Source of the DNA: Sulfolobaceae archaeon
GTDB lineage: Archaea; Thermoproteota; Thermoprotei_A; Sulfolobales; Sulfolobaceae
DNA length: 64,000 bases
Reading direction: 5' to 3'
Assembly (NCBI GenBank): GCA_038893355.1
Contig: JAWARQ010000005.1
Span: 32,001 to 96,000 of the forward strand
Shown: positions 63,668 to 64,000 of the stretch, piece after piece
How positions within the stretch are numbered: position 1 is the stretch's first letter
How the letters are laid out: the number at the start of each line of letters is the position of its first letter
The notes under the pieces: generated by a model
The model's database searches: none
What the model saw: only the letters and a program-made list of their open reading frames with translations
What the model was told of the DNA's origin: nothing
Program-made: the position numbers and the translations under genes

Positions 63668-64000
63668 TTATTATCTCCTCCGCTCTCTTAAACGCTTTGA
63701 ATTTGTCACCCTCAAATATAAATCTTTCAAATAATGGATCATTAAAAATTACTTGATAAATTTTAAATCGTTTAGAAGGATCTTTTATTCTCTCCTTTAA
63801 TATTTTCTTTACATCCCCCATTACATTTAGGAGATTCTTAATATTTTTTTCATTAATTATATTTAAAATTCGATTTAAAATTAATTTTGCAGTTAAACTC
63901 GATTTACCAAATGTAGTTATTGCTACTTCTACCTCATTATTATCATAGAAAATTGGAAAAATAAATGAAGAATTTTCGACATTAGTTGGATTATTACATA
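63645..64000 (-). CDS. Precorrin-2 dehydrogenase / sirohydrochlorin ferrochelatase (CysG-N/SirC), C-terminal part; truncated by the window edge
   Basis: Manual translation CNNPTNVENSSFIFP...VAITTFGKSSLTAK...; stop TGA at 63647-63645; upstream of hemA. Confidence 0.82.
   Translation of the reverse strand, partial: CNNPTNVENSSFIFPIFYDNNEVEVAITTFGKSSLTAKLILNRILNIINEKNIKNLLNVMGDVKKILKERIKDPSKRFKIYQVIFNDPLFERFIFEGDKFKAFKRAEEIISEYSRRD

Overview
AT-rich, gene-dense archaeal chromosome segment whose gene content and order point to the Sulfolobales (Sulfolobus/Acidianus-like). Most of it is core genome: transcription factors (TFB2, TFE-beta, Elf1), RNA modification (gar1, trm1, fibrillarin/nop5, tsr3, tiaS, trm112), gatDE, class II ribonucleotide reductase, pyrG, mat, rqcH/rio2, dcd, DNA ligase and the C5 tetrapyrrole (hem) operon. 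It also holds two tRNAs (Arg-UCG, Ala-UGC) and the RNase P RNA. I saw no CRISPR array, IS element or intact provirus. Items worth a second look: (1) a type IV pilus platform/ATPase pair (aapF/aapE-like) with no pilin beside it, bracketed by three paralogous FAD-domain/2x[4Fe-4S]/CCG proteins that appear to have lost the usual catalytic motifs and share an extra C-terminal helical domain; (2) three box C/D guide sRNAs absent from the ORF track, with readable targets (23S helices 69-71, tRNA G18, tRNA-Leu C34); (3) a shrunken, apparently inactive GH38 alpha-mannosidase homologue; (4) RNase P RNA overlapped by protein genes at both ends; (5) small unannotated membrane ORFs and a decayed ORF after tRNA-Arg. 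All assignments come from motif recognition and recalled family knowledge; no database searches were run.
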